Assembly (NCBI RefSeq): GCF_006345805.1
Contig: NC_043001.1
Coordinates: forward strand, 32,488,001 to 32,552,000
Source of the DNA: Octopus sinensis
Taxonomy: Eukaryota
Reading direction: 5' to 3'
Length of the DNA stretch: 64,000 nucleotides
In this document: piece after piece, positions 1 to 13,807 of the stretch
Position numbering within the stretch: the first letter of the stretch is position 1
Layout of the letters: every line of letters starts with the position of its first letter
The notes under the pieces: generated by a model
Told to the model about the DNA's origin: nothing
The model's database searches: none
What the model saw: the letters and a program-made list of their open reading frames with translations, nothing else
Made by a program: the position numbers and the translations under genes

Positions 1-108
1 AATAGAGATAATAATAAGATTGGAGATATGAATATATATATAATTTAATATTAATATTTAATTATATATATTTATATATTATATATATGTGTGTGTGTGG
101 GTGTGTGG

Positions 109-139
<31 letters not shown>

Positions 140-413
140 TGTGTGTCTGGTCTGTTTTCTCATCCCCACCACCACCACTTGACAACCGGTGCTGATGTGT
201 TTACATTCCAGAAACTTAGCAGCTCGTCAAAACTGACCGTTAGAATAAGTACCAGGCTTTTAAAATTTAAGTACTGGGATCGATACATTCGAATAAAAAT
301 TCTTGAAGACGGTACCCTAGTTTGAATTACCTCAGTCTGATGAGTGAAATAAAAATATAACAACATATACATACACACATACATACATACATAACACATC
401 ATACATACATACA

Positions 414-471
<58 letters not shown>

Positions 472-653
472 TATATTATTATACATACAGACGAACTGAG
501 AAATATAACATAAATGTATCTTCTATTATACACACACATACATTATGAATGTAGGTGTGTATTATTCATGTTATGCATCTATATCTAAATTCAAACGTAT
601 ATGTATGTATACATACACTAGCATATTATACATTATATATATATATATATGTT

Positions 654-692
<39 letters not shown>

Positions 693-832
693 AATATGCA
701 TGTAAATATGCATATATATATATATATATATAAAATATATATATAATATATATATACATATATATATATATATTATATATATATATAACATATATATATA
801 TATATATATAACATATAATATATATAATATAT

Positions 833-864
<32 letters not shown>

Positions 865-898
865 ATATATTATATATATATATATATTATTTATATAC

Positions 899-932
<34 letters not shown>

Positions 933-1315
933 AAGTTTAGCTAGGTAGATGGACAGTTTGATGATAAATACGCAGAGAATCCGGTAGATAAACTAAGATA
1001 ATATCTATATAGAAATGGGGGAGATAGAAAGTGGCAATGTGGGGGTGGGTTAGATAAATACGATTTCGCATGTGATAGGTACGGGTGTCAGGAAGATTTA
1101 AATTGATAAATAAAATGGTGAGGATTTATAAGTGGAATGTGGAAGAGAGCGAGAGTGATATACGTAGATATATAAGTAAACTTATATATAAATATAGTCT
1201 TTCACTTGCACACATAATACATGATTACATACGTACATGCATACATGCATGCATACATACATATATACATACATGTATACCCACATATACACACACACAC
1301 GCATATATATATACC

Positions 1316-1347
<32 letters not shown>

Positions 1348-1418
1348 CGTGTGTGTGTGTGTGGTTTGTACATAGAAAATATTAACGTATGTATGTATAT
1401 ATGTAGTATATTATATAT

Positions 1419-1450
<32 letters not shown>

Positions 1451-1550
1451 NNNNNNNNNNNNNNNNNNNNNNNNNNNNNNNNNNNNNNNNNNNNNNNNNN
1501 NNNNNNNNNNNNNNNNNNNNNNNNNNNNNNNNNNNNNNNNNNNNNNNNNN
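1451..1550. other. Assembly gap (100 N)
   Basis: N run; a second one lies at 59070-59169. Confidence 1.
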
Positions 1551-1580
1551 CTCTCTATATATATATATATATATATATTA

Positions 1581-1620
<40 letters not shown>

Positions 1621-1865
1621 ATATATATATATATATATACGGGTCATTCAAAATGTCATTGGGTCATTCAATGTGACCGCGTGTGTACAGTTGGCGATTT
1701 TTTCCCTCCGTCTTCCCTTCTTTGGATCTTACCTTTCCTATGTTTCTGACGAAGAAACGTTAAACCCTCCTTCTTTCCTGAGCGTCCAATAATACTATAC
1801 TTGTTCCACGTCCTCGCGTTGTTGTGTTTTCTCTTTGTGTTTTCATGTTTGGATTAACTTTATAA

Positions 1866-1908
<43 letters not shown>

Positions 1909-2220
1909 ATATATTGGTATCAATTTGTAATAACTTAATTATCTAAATAGTTAAATGCTAAATCAGTCTGTTTAACGTATAATTCATAAATCCTTAATTA
2001 CTTAAGCAATAATTATAATTTTACTTGGGTTTGAAGTAGATGTTGGCTTTGTAATCTTTAAGGGTAATCGAAGATGAACGCATGACGAAACGGTCTTTTT
2101 AGTTTGGAAACTTGTTCCTTCGCTGCTGTGTTAGTAGTAATGTATGTGATTGAATTGATTTTGTACGTTATTAGCGATGTTGTTTATCACAAATTTGAGC
2201 TATATGGCGGTATTTAGTTC

Positions 2221-2630
2221 TCTTTTACTCTTTTACTTGTTTCAGTCATTTGACTGTGGCCATGCTGGAGCCCCGCCTTTAGTCGAGCAAATCGACCCCA
2301 GGACTTATTCTTTGTAACATAGTACTTATTATATCGGTCTCTTTTGCCGAACTGCTAAGTTACGGGGACGTAAGCACACCACCATCGGGTTGTCAAGCGA
2401 TGTTGGGGAAACAAACACAGACACACAAACATATACACACACATACACATATATATACATATATACGATGGGCTTCTTTCAGTTTCCATCTACCAAATCC
2501 GCACACAAAGCGTTGGTCGGCCCGAGGCTATAGTAGAAGACACTTGCCCAAGGTGCCACGCAGTGGGAATGAACCCGGATCCATGTGGCTGATAAGCAAG
2601 CTACTTACCACACAGCCACTCATACGCCTA
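2221..2630 (-). mobile_element. tRNA-derived SINE, family 1 (about 400 bp, internal TA/TG microsatellite, (GTAAAAGA)n tail)
   Basis: The minus strand reads a head with A-box-like TGGCTGTGTGG and B-box-like GGTTCATTCCC, then the body CCTTGGGCAAGTGTCTTCTACTATAGCCTCGGGCCGACC and the tail CAGTCAAATGACTGAAACAAGTAAAAGAGTAAAAGA. More than ten copies occur in the window. Confidence 0.85.
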
Positions 2631-2644
2631 TAAAAATTAAAAGT

Positions 2645-2729
2645 GTTGGCGGCCAGCTATGAGACTCGAACTCACACCTCCATGATTACGCATCGCGGTG
2701 CTCTGAACCAATTAAGCTAAACTGCCAAC
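2645..2729 (-). pseudogene. tRNA-like sequence (degenerate; identity uncertain)
   Basis: The minus strand reads GTTGGCAGTTTAGCTTAATTGGTTCAGAGC...GAGTTCGAGTCTCATAGCTGGCCGCCAAC, with A box, B box and complementary ends GTTGGC/GCCAAC. The anticodon arm is non-canonical. Confidence 0.45.
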
Positions 2730-3627
2730 ACGTTCGTAAATAATCTACGTTTTGCTACGAATATATGGAACATTGGATTGTTTGTAGGATGTAATGTTAT
2801 TCAATGCGTTTTGAGAATATTTTGTGTTATCATTTAATCTTACCTCGTTCATCGGGTTTTTGGGATCAGATTTGTTGTCTTCAAAGAGCTGAATTTATTT
2901 TCGGGAGCGTTTTTATCTTTTTACTTCTATGCGGTCACCTTAGAAATCCTTTTCTCGTAAAAGGATTTTCCAATGCATGTCCTTTGTTACACTTTTCGTT
3001 TATTCCATGTGACATAATGTAGATCATTTTGGGTCTTACTTTCATACCCTTGGAAAACTAAATCAAAAGATACTTCCTCATTTTCAGGTGTTCATTTTCG
3101 GTTCACAGATAGGGTTAGAGTTTAAGGTTAGGATTAGGGTAAGGATCGATGTGAATATGAATTTATGCTTACAAACAAAAGAAAAACACTCGGTACTAAC
3201 TTCATAGTAGTATTATTTATGGGGAAATATTTGATAATTGAATCTATCTTTACTAGGGGTTTAATACATTGGAAGTATATGTGTGATCAATAAAAAATAT
3301 ATAACGAATAATTGTTCCTTCTCAAGCCATGCCTGGCTCATAGGGCCGGTTTCGCTGACCTCATTGGTCAATTTCAGTCATGTAATCGATTGCATAGTAT
3401 GCTAAGGTACTAAAGGGAGATTACCAAATGCTTTGCTGTCATTAATTTTCTGACCGGTGACTGGTAAAATTTAAGATAAAAGACATTTTTAATTTTATAA
3501 TTAATCCTTTCTTTGACAATAATAGATTTCTAAAGGGTGAGACTGACAGCTTTTGTCACATTTTGTTTAGAGCAAAATTAGCTCTGATCGAGAAAACCAT
3601 TACAAGTGTGACCTTAGTTATTTTTCT

Positions 3628-3814
3628 ATGGCTATGTGGTAAGTAGCTTGCTTACGAACCACATGGTTCCGGGTTCAGTCCCACTGCGTGGCATCTTGGG
3701 CAAGTGTCTTCTACTATAGCCTCGGACCGACCAAAGCCTTGTGAGTGGATTTGGTAGACGGAAACTGAAAGCCAGTCGTATATCATATATATATATATAT
3801 AATATATTATATAT

Positions 3815-3858
<44 letters not shown>

Positions 3859-4040
3859 TCCTCGACATCGCTTGACAACCGATGCTGGTGTGTTTACGTC
3901 CCCGTAACTTAGCGCTTCGGCAAAAGGGACCGACAGAATAAGTACTAGGCTTACAAAGAATAAGTCCTGGGGTCGATTTGCTCGACTAAAGGCGGTGCTC
4001 CAGCATGGCCACAGTCAAATGACTGAAACAAGTAAAAGAG
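3628..4040 (+). mobile_element. SINE family 1 copy
   Basis: Same head, body, microsatellite spacer and tail as the 2221-2630 copy. Confidence 0.85.
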
Positions 4041-4463
4041 AGAGAGAGAGAGAGAGAGAGGAGAGTAAAACAGAGAGTATATCTAAAATTATATTGTCTA
4101 ATCTTACTTCTTTTCAAGATGATTAGGGGCTTTGAGGAAAATTTCATTGTTTTCCTAGAAGATCTGATGGCTGCGCAGGGGCACCCTCATTTTCTCGAGT
4201 GCAGGAAGAGAATATACACATAATTATGTCCCAATGCAACTTATTGGTCTTGTTGATGATGTTAGCGCCATCCTTGATCTAGGAGACTTGACTCATTTTT
4301 TTGGCAGCTATATTGTACATAGCACTGCATGTACTAATGCTGCCTCTGTTTTTAAGATAGAATGATATTTGAGGGAAATTTGGAAGCTATTTCTTGTAGG
4401 TCGGGCAACTGCGTATAGAATCTCCAAGTATTATACGTTATATATTTTATATATTTGTGAGGA

Positions 4464-4889
4464 AAGTGAGAGAGGGAAGTTTTGTCTAGCGAATGTTTCA
4501 AAAAAAGATGGGTGAATGTAGCAAGGATGACATGTATGAATGACGAAGCCACCTTGAGCATAATCCTACGAACCCGGAAAAATATAAAACAGAGAGTTAC
4601 TTACTTGCAAAAAAATGTGTTAACATGTGGCATTATTGACCGAGGTTACCGTGGTCTTTTCCGGAGGCTTTTCTTTCCACGGATAAACCTTATCTGCTTC
4701 CTCCTTTACACTTTACACCATTACATTTCTGTGATACACGATCCCTATTGATCGTTTTTTTTTCTCTTTCCTTTTTACGATCCCTTTTGATCAAAAACTG
4801 ACCTCACCTTTATTTTCTCTCCAAAAAGAAAACCTCTACTTTGTAATTTGTCCCGTCTGTGTTCGGCCCTGTGTGGCTAATAAAGAAAC
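4464..4889 (+). mobile_element. 5'-truncated Tx1/L1-type LINE 3' end (family C) with 14-bp TSD
   Basis: Encodes a CFKKRWVNVARM ORF2 C-terminus, as at 59.3 kb and 61.8 kb, and ends TGTCCCGTCTGTGTTCGGCCCTGTGTGGCTAATAAAGAAAC. It is flanked by the direct repeat ATATTTGTGAGGAA (4451-4464 and 4890-4903). Confidence 0.8.
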
Positions 4890-4915
4890 ATATTTGTGAG
4901 GAATACATACTACAT

Positions 4916-5335
4916 AGGCGCAGGAGTGGCTGTGTGGTAAGTAGCTTGCTAACCAACCACATGGTTCTGGGTTCAGTCCCACTGCGTGGCATCTTAGCAA
5001 GTGTCTTCTACTATAGCCTCGGGCCGACCAAAGCCTTGTGAGTGGATTTGGTAGACGGAAACTGAAAGAAGCCTGTCGTATATATGTATATATATATATG
5101 TGTGTGTGTGTTTGTGTGTCTGTGTTTGTGTGTCTGTGTTTGTCCCCCTAGCATTGCTTGACAACTGATGCTGGTGTGTTTACGTCCCCGTCACTTAGCG
5201 GTTCGGCAAAAGAGACCGATAGAATAAGTACTGGGCTTACAGAGAATAAGTCCCGGGGTCGATTTGCTCGACTAAAGGCGGTGCTCCAGCATGGCCGCAG
5301 TCAAATGACTGAAACAAGTAAAAGAGTAAAAAGAG
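4916..5335 (+). mobile_element. SINE family 1, full-length copy
   Basis: Runs from the head AGGCGCAGGAGTGGCTGTGTGG...GGTTCAGTCCC through the tail GAAACAAGTAAAAGAGTAAAAGAG. Confidence 0.9.
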
Positions 5336-6044
5336 ACCTTTTTGGAAATTACCTAAGTTACACTATTTTCTTAAGCGCACGGATGTTTGTCTCTCATGGG
5401 CTTAAGGTTAGTTAAACGCAGGAGTTTAAGCATACACTGAAAAGATAAATAGCATATTTCAAAACCATCTCCATGGAATATAGACAAACTTTCACCCAAA
5501 CGTTACTCCATTGCACTCTTGATTTCTCGTAGTAATTATTCAGGAAGCAGCGCAGAAGGTATACAGTTCTGGTGCAGAAATATATTAAGCAATAATCAAC
5601 GGCGAAGCTCAAAAGATAGTTCGTGTTGATGACATAAACCGGATTCTTTTTTCTTTTACTTCGATAGTGAAATCCTGCTAATATCTTTAGAATTGGCGTT
5701 CATAGACGTCTTTCAATCACAGCAATATTTCATATGACTTTTAAACGATTCCTGCAAGATCGACGCGCTGATAATGAAGACAAGGATTGTGAAGACGATG
5801 AGGAGGAGGCGTAGGAGGAGGAAGTGGAAGGAAGTATTAGCAGAAGAAGAAGTATTAGAAGAAGAAGAAGAAGGTCGACGACGATGATGATGCATCACTA
5901 ATACCGTTATTATAAAGGCATGAACTTTACACAATTCTACTTCTCCCATCCATTCCGTACTATAAATTTGTGGTTTTGTACCTTTATAGGAAATCAATAT
6001 TAATTCTCCTAATCCCAAATGAGACCAGTATCACACGCTAGAGC

Positions 6045-6122
<78 letters not shown>

Positions 6123-6919
6123 TGTATGTGTGGTGTATACATACACACATATATCACCAATATACACACACATACACACCACATATGCTTTATATGTTGA
6201 TAGTGTGGGTTCATTACTGTGAGTTCAAGCACTGGATTGACTTCGACTTTCGGGGGAGAGAGAGAGAGAGAGAGAGAGAATTCATTTTTGTGATATGGAT
6301 GACACATTTAATAAAAGAAGAATGTTGGTGTTGATTCAAACAATTCTATATCTTTCTCTTAAAATAGTGATATTGTACCTTATGTTGTATGGTCTGATTC
6401 TTCCGAACGAATCACTTATATAACGACGACTTTTGACATTTAATATCACAATTTACCGACTACACCTTCGTCTGCCATCGTCATTTGCAGAATTTACAAC
6501 GAAGAATGAGAAATAAATGGAAAGACTGAGACAGAGAGGGATAAAACGGAGGGGAAGAGTGAGAAAAATAAAACAAGATTAAAAAAAAAAGAGAGACTAG
6601 GTGAAGATTAAAGAATAAATTTGGAGAAAGTCAAAAATTAAAAAGGTAAATGAAGAAAAAGATAATTTACTCTTCTTCCAGTAAAACGTGAAAGAAAATA
6701 TAAAATAAGGTGAAAAAAAACGTAACAAAAATAATTTCAAAAAGGTAGATAGCTTTGTTTAATGATGAAATTTCAAAGACAATTTTGAACAAAAAAATGG
6801 CGCATTATTGGGATTTATTGAACGAAATTTAATGTATGAGAAAGCTGAAAACATCTTTTTTTTTGGATGACAAATATAGCGAGGAAAATTTCAATAGAAA
6901 TTGTGTGTGGTGTGTGTAT

Positions 6920-7778
6920 ATATATATATATATAGTATATATACATATATCTATATAACATATATAGATATACATATAATATATATACCTATACATATAT
7001 ATATAAATAACCATATACATATATATATATACATATAACATATACATATAATATATATTACATACACATATATATATACATATACACATAATATAATACA
7101 TAATACATATACACATATATATATATACATATATATATATGCATATATTATATGCATATATATATACATATACATATATATATGCATATATATATACATA
7201 TAATATAACTATACATATATATATGCATATATATATATACATATATATATACATATATATATATCTGCATATATAATATACATATACATATACATATACA
7301 TATATATATGCATATATATATACATTACATATATATATGCATATATATATAACATATACATATATATATATGCATATATATTACATATACATATATATAT
7401 ATATATGCATATATAATACATATATATATATTCATATATATATATACCTATGTATATATACCTATATATATATATATACATTATATATATATGCATATAT
7501 ATATACATATGTATTATACATATATCTATATTATATACATACACATATATAATATACCTATATATAATCCTATACATATATATATATGCATATATATATA
7601 CATATGTATATATACATATATATATCTGCATATATAAGATTAACATATGTATATATACATATATTATATATACATATATATATATATATGTATATATATT
7701 ATATATATATATATAGTATATAATATATACATATATATATATATATACAGATATATATATATATACATATATATATTA

Positions 7779-7838
<60 letters not shown>

Positions 7839-7930
7839 TATACATATATCTATATATACATAGATATCTAACATATCTATATATATACATATATATATAG
7901 ATATATACATATTATATCCACTATATAATG

Positions 7931-7976
<46 letters not shown>

Positions 7977-8005
7977 TCTAATATATATATACATATATAT
8001 ATAGA

Positions 8006-8071
<66 letters not shown>

Positions 8072-8121
8072 GTACATACATATATCATATACAATATATA
8101 TACGTACATACATACATACAG

Positions 8122-8178
<57 letters not shown>

Positions 8179-8260
8179 TGTATGTATGTACGTAGGTATG
8201 TATGTATGTATGTATGTACGTAGGTATGTCTATGTGTGTCTGTGAGTATGTATACGTTTG
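6920..8260. repeat. Degenerate (TA)n/(CATA)n microsatellite tract
   Basis: About 1.3 kb of interrupted TA repeats; it produces the poly-IY ORFs in the ORF track. Confidence 0.95.
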
Positions 8261-8788
8261 TGTATGCGTACAGTGGACAACGAACGGTGGATTCGGTATC
8301 AGTAGTAGCTGATGCGTAGCGACGCAGAAATGCACGCGTTCTACAGTCCATTGGCGTCATTCATACCTCAGCGGTGTGATTTTCATACATATTGTTTTTA
8401 AGGAAAAGTCTACTCCCGAGACAGTGTCCACAATAAAGGTCACCTCACGTTTGAGAGTGCACAGATGTGTTAAACAGAAGTGTACACGCGCTCACACACA
8501 CGCACGCACATACGCACGCATACACACACACACACACACACATACACACACTCAAATACATAATTATACACATACTCATACACACATAATGCTGTTAATC
8601 TTTTATTTTTTTATTCTTTTACTTGTTTCGGTGATTTGACTGCCGCCTTACTGGAACACCGCCTTGAAGGGGTTTTAGTCGAACAATTCGACACCAGGGT
8701 AGGATTTTTAAAGCCTAGTATTATTCTATCGGTCGCTTTTGCCGATCCACTAAGTTACGGGGACCTAGATATGTATGTATGTATGTAT

Positions 8789-8875
<87 letters not shown>

Positions 8876-8905
8876 ACAGAGAGAGAGAGAGAGAGAGATA
8901 GATAG

Positions 8906-8936
<31 letters not shown>

Positions 8937-8981
8937 AATAGATATAGATACATATGTATGTATATGTGCATTGATATATTG

Positions 8982-9036
<55 letters not shown>

Positions 9037-9513
9037 TGTGTGTATGTATATGTATGTATATATATATATCTATACATACATACGGCGGGTTTTCAGATTC
9101 CGCCTACCAAAGCCACTCGCAAAGCTTTGGTCGGCCCGAGGCCATAGTAGAAGACGCAATGGGACTGAACCCGGAACCATGTGGTTGAGAAGCAAGCTTC
9201 TTACCACACAGCCCTTCTTGTACCTCATACACATACTCATTCACGCACATATATATATATGTAGATAAAGATGGAGGAAATGACTAGATACAAAAATCTT
9301 TTGGGAAATTGAATTACTAAAAATTGCCGAAAGGAATGTTTTCATTTGAAAAATATCGAACGAATTATTTCATCAAATACAGCCTACAATTTGCAGTTAA
9401 AAATATTAGGGTAACTTTCATGTAGGAAACTTTAATGAATGACGTGATAAAATGAAACAATGAGAGATTTGAAACTTAAGGAAAGAATTTTAATTGAGAA
9501 ATAGTACTTGTCA

Positions 9514-9603
9514 GCCCGCAATGCTTGCTCGGTAGAGCATCAGACTTTTAAGAACTGTCGAGTGAGGAAATCTGAGGTCGCGGGTTGATGTCCCTCTGCG
9601 GCT
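9514..9603 (+). pseudogene. tRNA-Lys(UUU)-like pseudogene with a 19-nt insertion at the canonical intron position
   Basis: GCCCG...TCGGTAGAGCATCAGACTTTTA|AGAACTGTCGAGTGAGGAA|ATCTGAGGTCGCGGGTTGATGTCCC matches the eukaryotic tRNA-Lys(UUU) pattern GCCCGGATAGCTCAGTCGGTAGAGCATCAGACTTTTAATCTGAGGGTCCAGGGTTCAAGTCCC. The A and B boxes and the 3' acceptor strand are decayed. Confidence 0.7.
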
Positions 9604-9781
9604 GATAAGATTTTTATAGGCGCAGGAGTGGCTGTGTGGTAAGTAGATTCCTTACCAACTACATGGTTCTGGGTTCAGTTCCACTGCGTGGCAACTTGGG
9701 CAAGTGTCTTCTACTATAGCCACGGACCGACCAAAACCTTGTGAGTAGATTTGGTAGACGGAAACTGAAAGAAGCTCGTCG

Positions 9782-9814
<33 letters not shown>

Positions 9815-9924
9815 TGTGTGTGTGTGCCCCCCCCCCCCGCGAAACACTGCTAAGCATTGTGTCCGGCGTGTTAATAATTCTGCCAGCTTACTGCCTTAGA
9901 TGATGAGATGAGATGAGCAAATAT

Positions 9925-10140
9925 TGCTTTCAAATTTTGGCACAAGGCCTGGAAGCTTAGGAGAAGGGGTAAGAGATTTACATCGACCCCAGTCATCAAC
10001 TGTTACCTATTTTATCGACCCCGAAAGAATGAAAGGCAAAGTCGATTTCGGAAGCATTTGAACTCGGAACGTAAAGAAGGGCGAAATACAGTTAAGTATT
10101 TTGCTCGGCGTGCTAACAATTCTGCCGGCTCACCACCTTA
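9925..10140 (-). mobile_element. tRNA-derived SINE, family 2 (central GCCTTTCATCCTTTCGGGGTCGATAAAATAAGTACCAG domain)
   Basis: The minus strand gives a head GGTGAGCCGGCAGAATTGTTAGCACGCCG and B-box-like GAGTTCAAAT. The central domain resembles the Meta-type SINE core (recalled, not searched). Confidence 0.75.
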
Positions 10141-10339
10141 AATGATAGGCAAATATTAGTACTAATAACAGGAGGGTAAGGAAGAGTAGCAGGTCAAAGT
10201 AGCATTTAGAATGTCCACAGAAACCGAAGCAGTGGCGAGCAGTGGGGTCAAATGCAATCTATTGTCAAAAACTGAGATAGATGAAGATACACACACGCAC
10301 ACGCACACACACGCACACACACATATATATATATAGTCA

Positions 10340-10510
10340 ATCCAAACTTGAACAAGCAAGGAAAAACAACAACGCGAGGACGTGGAATAAGTACAGTGTT
10401 ATTGGACGCTCAAGAAAGGAAAGAGTAGAGGAATCTACGTTTCGAGCGGAGCACTTCATCAGAAATATAGAAAAAGTCCAAAGAAGAGTAGACGAAGAAG
10501 GAAATCGCCA
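10340..10510 (-). repeat. Penelope-like element terminal remnant (dispersed repeat)
   Basis: Carries a CTGA(C/T)GAAG...CGAAACG motif followed by GAGCGTCCAATAA...TTCCACGTCCTCGCGTTGTTG. Related copies lie at about 1690-1860 and 11240-11430, with variants at about 22400-22510 and 50470-50670. Confidence 0.55.
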
Positions 10511-10723
10511 ACGATACACACACGGTCACACACACACACACATACACACACACACATACACATATATATACACACTGTTTTCTTCTATTCTTTTTCTATC
10601 TATCAACTGTCATATTCTTGTATACATTGTGAATTCTCTACATACTCTCCTTGTCTCTGATAACGGAATAGCCAATGTATGGAGATGTTGACCCATCAGC
10701 TGTGATATATCAGAAACAGTTAC

Positions 10724-10948
10724 TCTTTACTCTTTTACTTGTTTCAGTCATTTGACTGTGGCCATGCTGGAGCACTGCCTTTAGTCGAGCAAATCGACCC
10801 CGGCACTTATTCTTTGTAAGCCCAGTACTTATTTTATCGGTCTCTTTTGCCGAACCGCTAAGTGACGGGGACGTAAACACACCAGCATCGGTTGTCAAGC
10901 AATGCTAGAAGGACAAACACAAACACACAAAAAACCACACACAAACAC

Positions 10949-11001
<53 letters not shown>

Positions 11002-11164
11002 GACAGGCTTCTTTCAGTTTCCGTCTACCAAATCCACTCACAAGGCTTTGGTCGGCCCGAAGCTATAGCAGAAGGCACTTGCCCAAGATGCTGCGCAGTG
11101 GGACTGAACCCGGAACCATGTGGTTGGTTAGCAAGCTACTTACCACACAGCCACTCCTGCGCCT
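10724..11164 (-). mobile_element. SINE family 1, full-length copy
   Basis: Same structure as the other family 1 copies. Confidence 0.9.
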
Positions 11165-11453
11165 GTTGTAAGACATTAATTCTACTTTTCCTTTATTGAC
11201 TCACTTTATTCTAATTAAATATTCCAAATAAACTGCGATACTTGCAATTTTTTTCCTCCGTCATCCCTTCCTTGGATCTTTCCTTTTCCTATGTTTCTGA
11301 CGAAGATCTCCGCTCGAAACGTTAAATTCCCCTTCTTTCTTTCCTTTCCTGAGCGTCCAATAACACTATACTTGTTCCACGTCCTTGCGTTGTTGTGTTT
11401 TCTCTTTGTGTTTTCATGTTTGGATTAACTACATATATATATATTTATATATG

Positions 11454-11497
<44 letters not shown>

Positions 11498-11744
11498 GTG
11501 TGTGTGTGTGTGTGTGGTGTGTGTATGTGTGTGTGTGTGTATGAGTATGTACCAACTGGAGACTTTAAGGACACGGGGTTGATGGCAGAAAAGCCTTTGA
11601 TCCACCGTCAACCTTTCTCACCTGCTATACACTGCAATATGCCGAGGTTCTTCGACTCCATCTCCTTTACATGAAAGAAAAAAATATGATAAAATATAAA
11701 ACATGATGTTGTATCTAATTCTTTATTCAAATCTGGAAGCTACA

Positions 11745-12058
11745 GATAATAATAATTATTATAACAACAACAACAATAACGATGATGATGATAGTAATAA
11801 TGATAACAGTAATGCTGATGATAGTAATCAGAAGACGAACAACAACGGCACTAATAATAATAATAAGAAGAAGTAGAAGAAAAAGAAGAAGGAGGAGGAG
11901 GAGGAGAAGGAGGATGATGATGAAGATGAAGGTGAGGATGAGGATGATGATGATGAAGAGGAGGATGGTGATGGTGATGGTGATGATGATGATGGTGATG
12001 ATGATGATGATGATGGTGATGGTGATGATGGTGATGATGATGATGATGATGATGATAA
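11745..12058. repeat. Compound trinucleotide microsatellite (AAT/AAC/GAT/GAA/GAG/GGT)
   Basis: Read directly; consecutive blocks differ by single-base shifts of the repeat unit. Confidence 0.95.
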
Positions 12059-12331
12059 GCTGTTGCAAAATTTAGTGTGTTTATATACATGTAAGCGTTT
12101 GAATACATGGGATTCTGTGTTCATGGTTACATGTTTGTGTGTTGATAGTCATGAATATATTTATGCATGCATGTATGTATGTATGTATGTATGTATGTAT
12201 GTATGTATGTATGTATGTGTGTATGCTTCTTTGTTTGTCTTTGTCTTGGAGAGTTTCATGAAGCCATAACACTAGCGACGGTAGTAATTTTCAGCAGAAA
12301 CGAAATGCCAGCAGTAAAACAAATAAATCTT

Positions 12332-13644
12332 GACTATTATTAACATTTCAGTATAAATATTCACAACCTGACTATGAATATACGGTGTTCTCTTGTTCCT
12401 CTTGGAATTGGGTCAACGTGAAATGCCAAAACGGCACAGCATCAGCAGCACAGTAACAAGGCATCGCTATTTCATAGAGGATCAAAATGCTCAAGAAATA
12501 GCAAATGAAACGAAAACAGAATTGCTCTTGTTTGTGATGATGATGGTAGTGATGAGGTGATGATAGTGATGATGGTGACGGTAGTGATGATGATGGTGGC
12601 GTTGATGGCGACAATGAATGACGATGGTGTAGGTGGCGCTGATGACGTTGATGATACCGATGGGGTTGTTGGTGTATGCTGTAATTGCACTTGGTGATGT
12701 TTTGCATTGTTGTTAGTGGTGTTGGCGGTTGTTCTTGTGGAGTCGGTTGATGGTGATTTTAGTGGTGTCGAAACAGCTCCTTGAGATGAGTTAGTAGGTA
12801 CAAAGTGGTCTCTCAGATTACCTACCTACCTACCTACCTTCCTACTTCCCTACCTACCTACCTTACGTTCTCTCCCCCAAACGTAGCTGTACCTACCGAC
12901 CTACCTACCTACCTACCTTACGTTCTCTACCCCAGAACTCAAGTTCAGCCAGACGTAGCTGTACCTACCTACCTACCTACCTAGTTACCTACCTACCTAC
13001 CTACCTAACTAACTAAGTACCTATCTACAAATATACATAATTACACGCATACATACATATATACGTACAAACATGTATACATACGTACAAACATGTATAC
13101 ATATATGCATGCATATACACACGCATACATAATACTTACATTCAGACACATACATACATACATACATACATACATAACACTTTACAGAAGTTTATCATTT
13201 AAATATGTATGAGCTTGTCTAGATATGCAACTATATGTCCCTTAAAATAGTAAACAGACTTTTGGCTTCACAAAAGCGAAAAAAATGGTAAAAACAGCAT
13301 ACACCAACAACCCCATCGGTATCATCAACGTCATCAGCGCCACCTACACCATCGTCATTCATTGTCGCCATCAACGCCACCATCATCATCACTACCGTCA
13401 CCATCATCACTATCATCACCTCATCACTACCATCATCATCACAAACAAGAGCAATTCTGTTTTCGTTTCATTTGCTATTTCTTGAGCATTTTGATCCTCT
13501 ATGAAATAGCGATGCCTTGTTACTGTGCTGCCGATGCTGTGCCGTTTTGGCATTTCACGTTGACCCAATTCCAAGAGGAACAAGAGAACACCGTATATTT
13601 ATAGTCAGGTTGTGAATATTTATACTGAAATGTTAATAATAGTC
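12332..13644. repeat. About 350-bp near-perfect inverted repeat (12332-12682 / 13294-13644) around an (ACCT)n/(ATAC)n spacer
   Basis: GACTATTATTAACATTTCAG...GGTGTATGCTGT is the reverse complement of ACAGCATACACC...GTTAATAATAGTC. The ORF track shows the same peptide on opposite strands (12372-12707 and 13362-13604). Confidence 0.9.
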
Positions 13645-13759
13645 ACCTCAAATTCTTTGTACACTCCTAAATATATCTCCTTCAGTGTATATATGTACCA
13701 CCAAATATGACCTTTTGGAACTTATAATTTTCTGTGTAGATATATATATATAATATATA

Positions 13760-13807
<48 letters not shown>

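Noticed and set aside
3110-3145. Telomere-like AGGGTTAGAGTTTAAGGTTAGGATTAGGGT
   Set aside because: Only a few degenerate units, far from the LINE array; no TTAGGG tract adjoins the array, so a telomeric role is unsupported by this window.
4050-6500. Possible host exons in the non-repetitive stretches (about 4100-4340 and 5400-5790)
   Set aside because: No recognisable domain or convincing splice-bounded ORF by eye; RNA-seq alignment would be needed.
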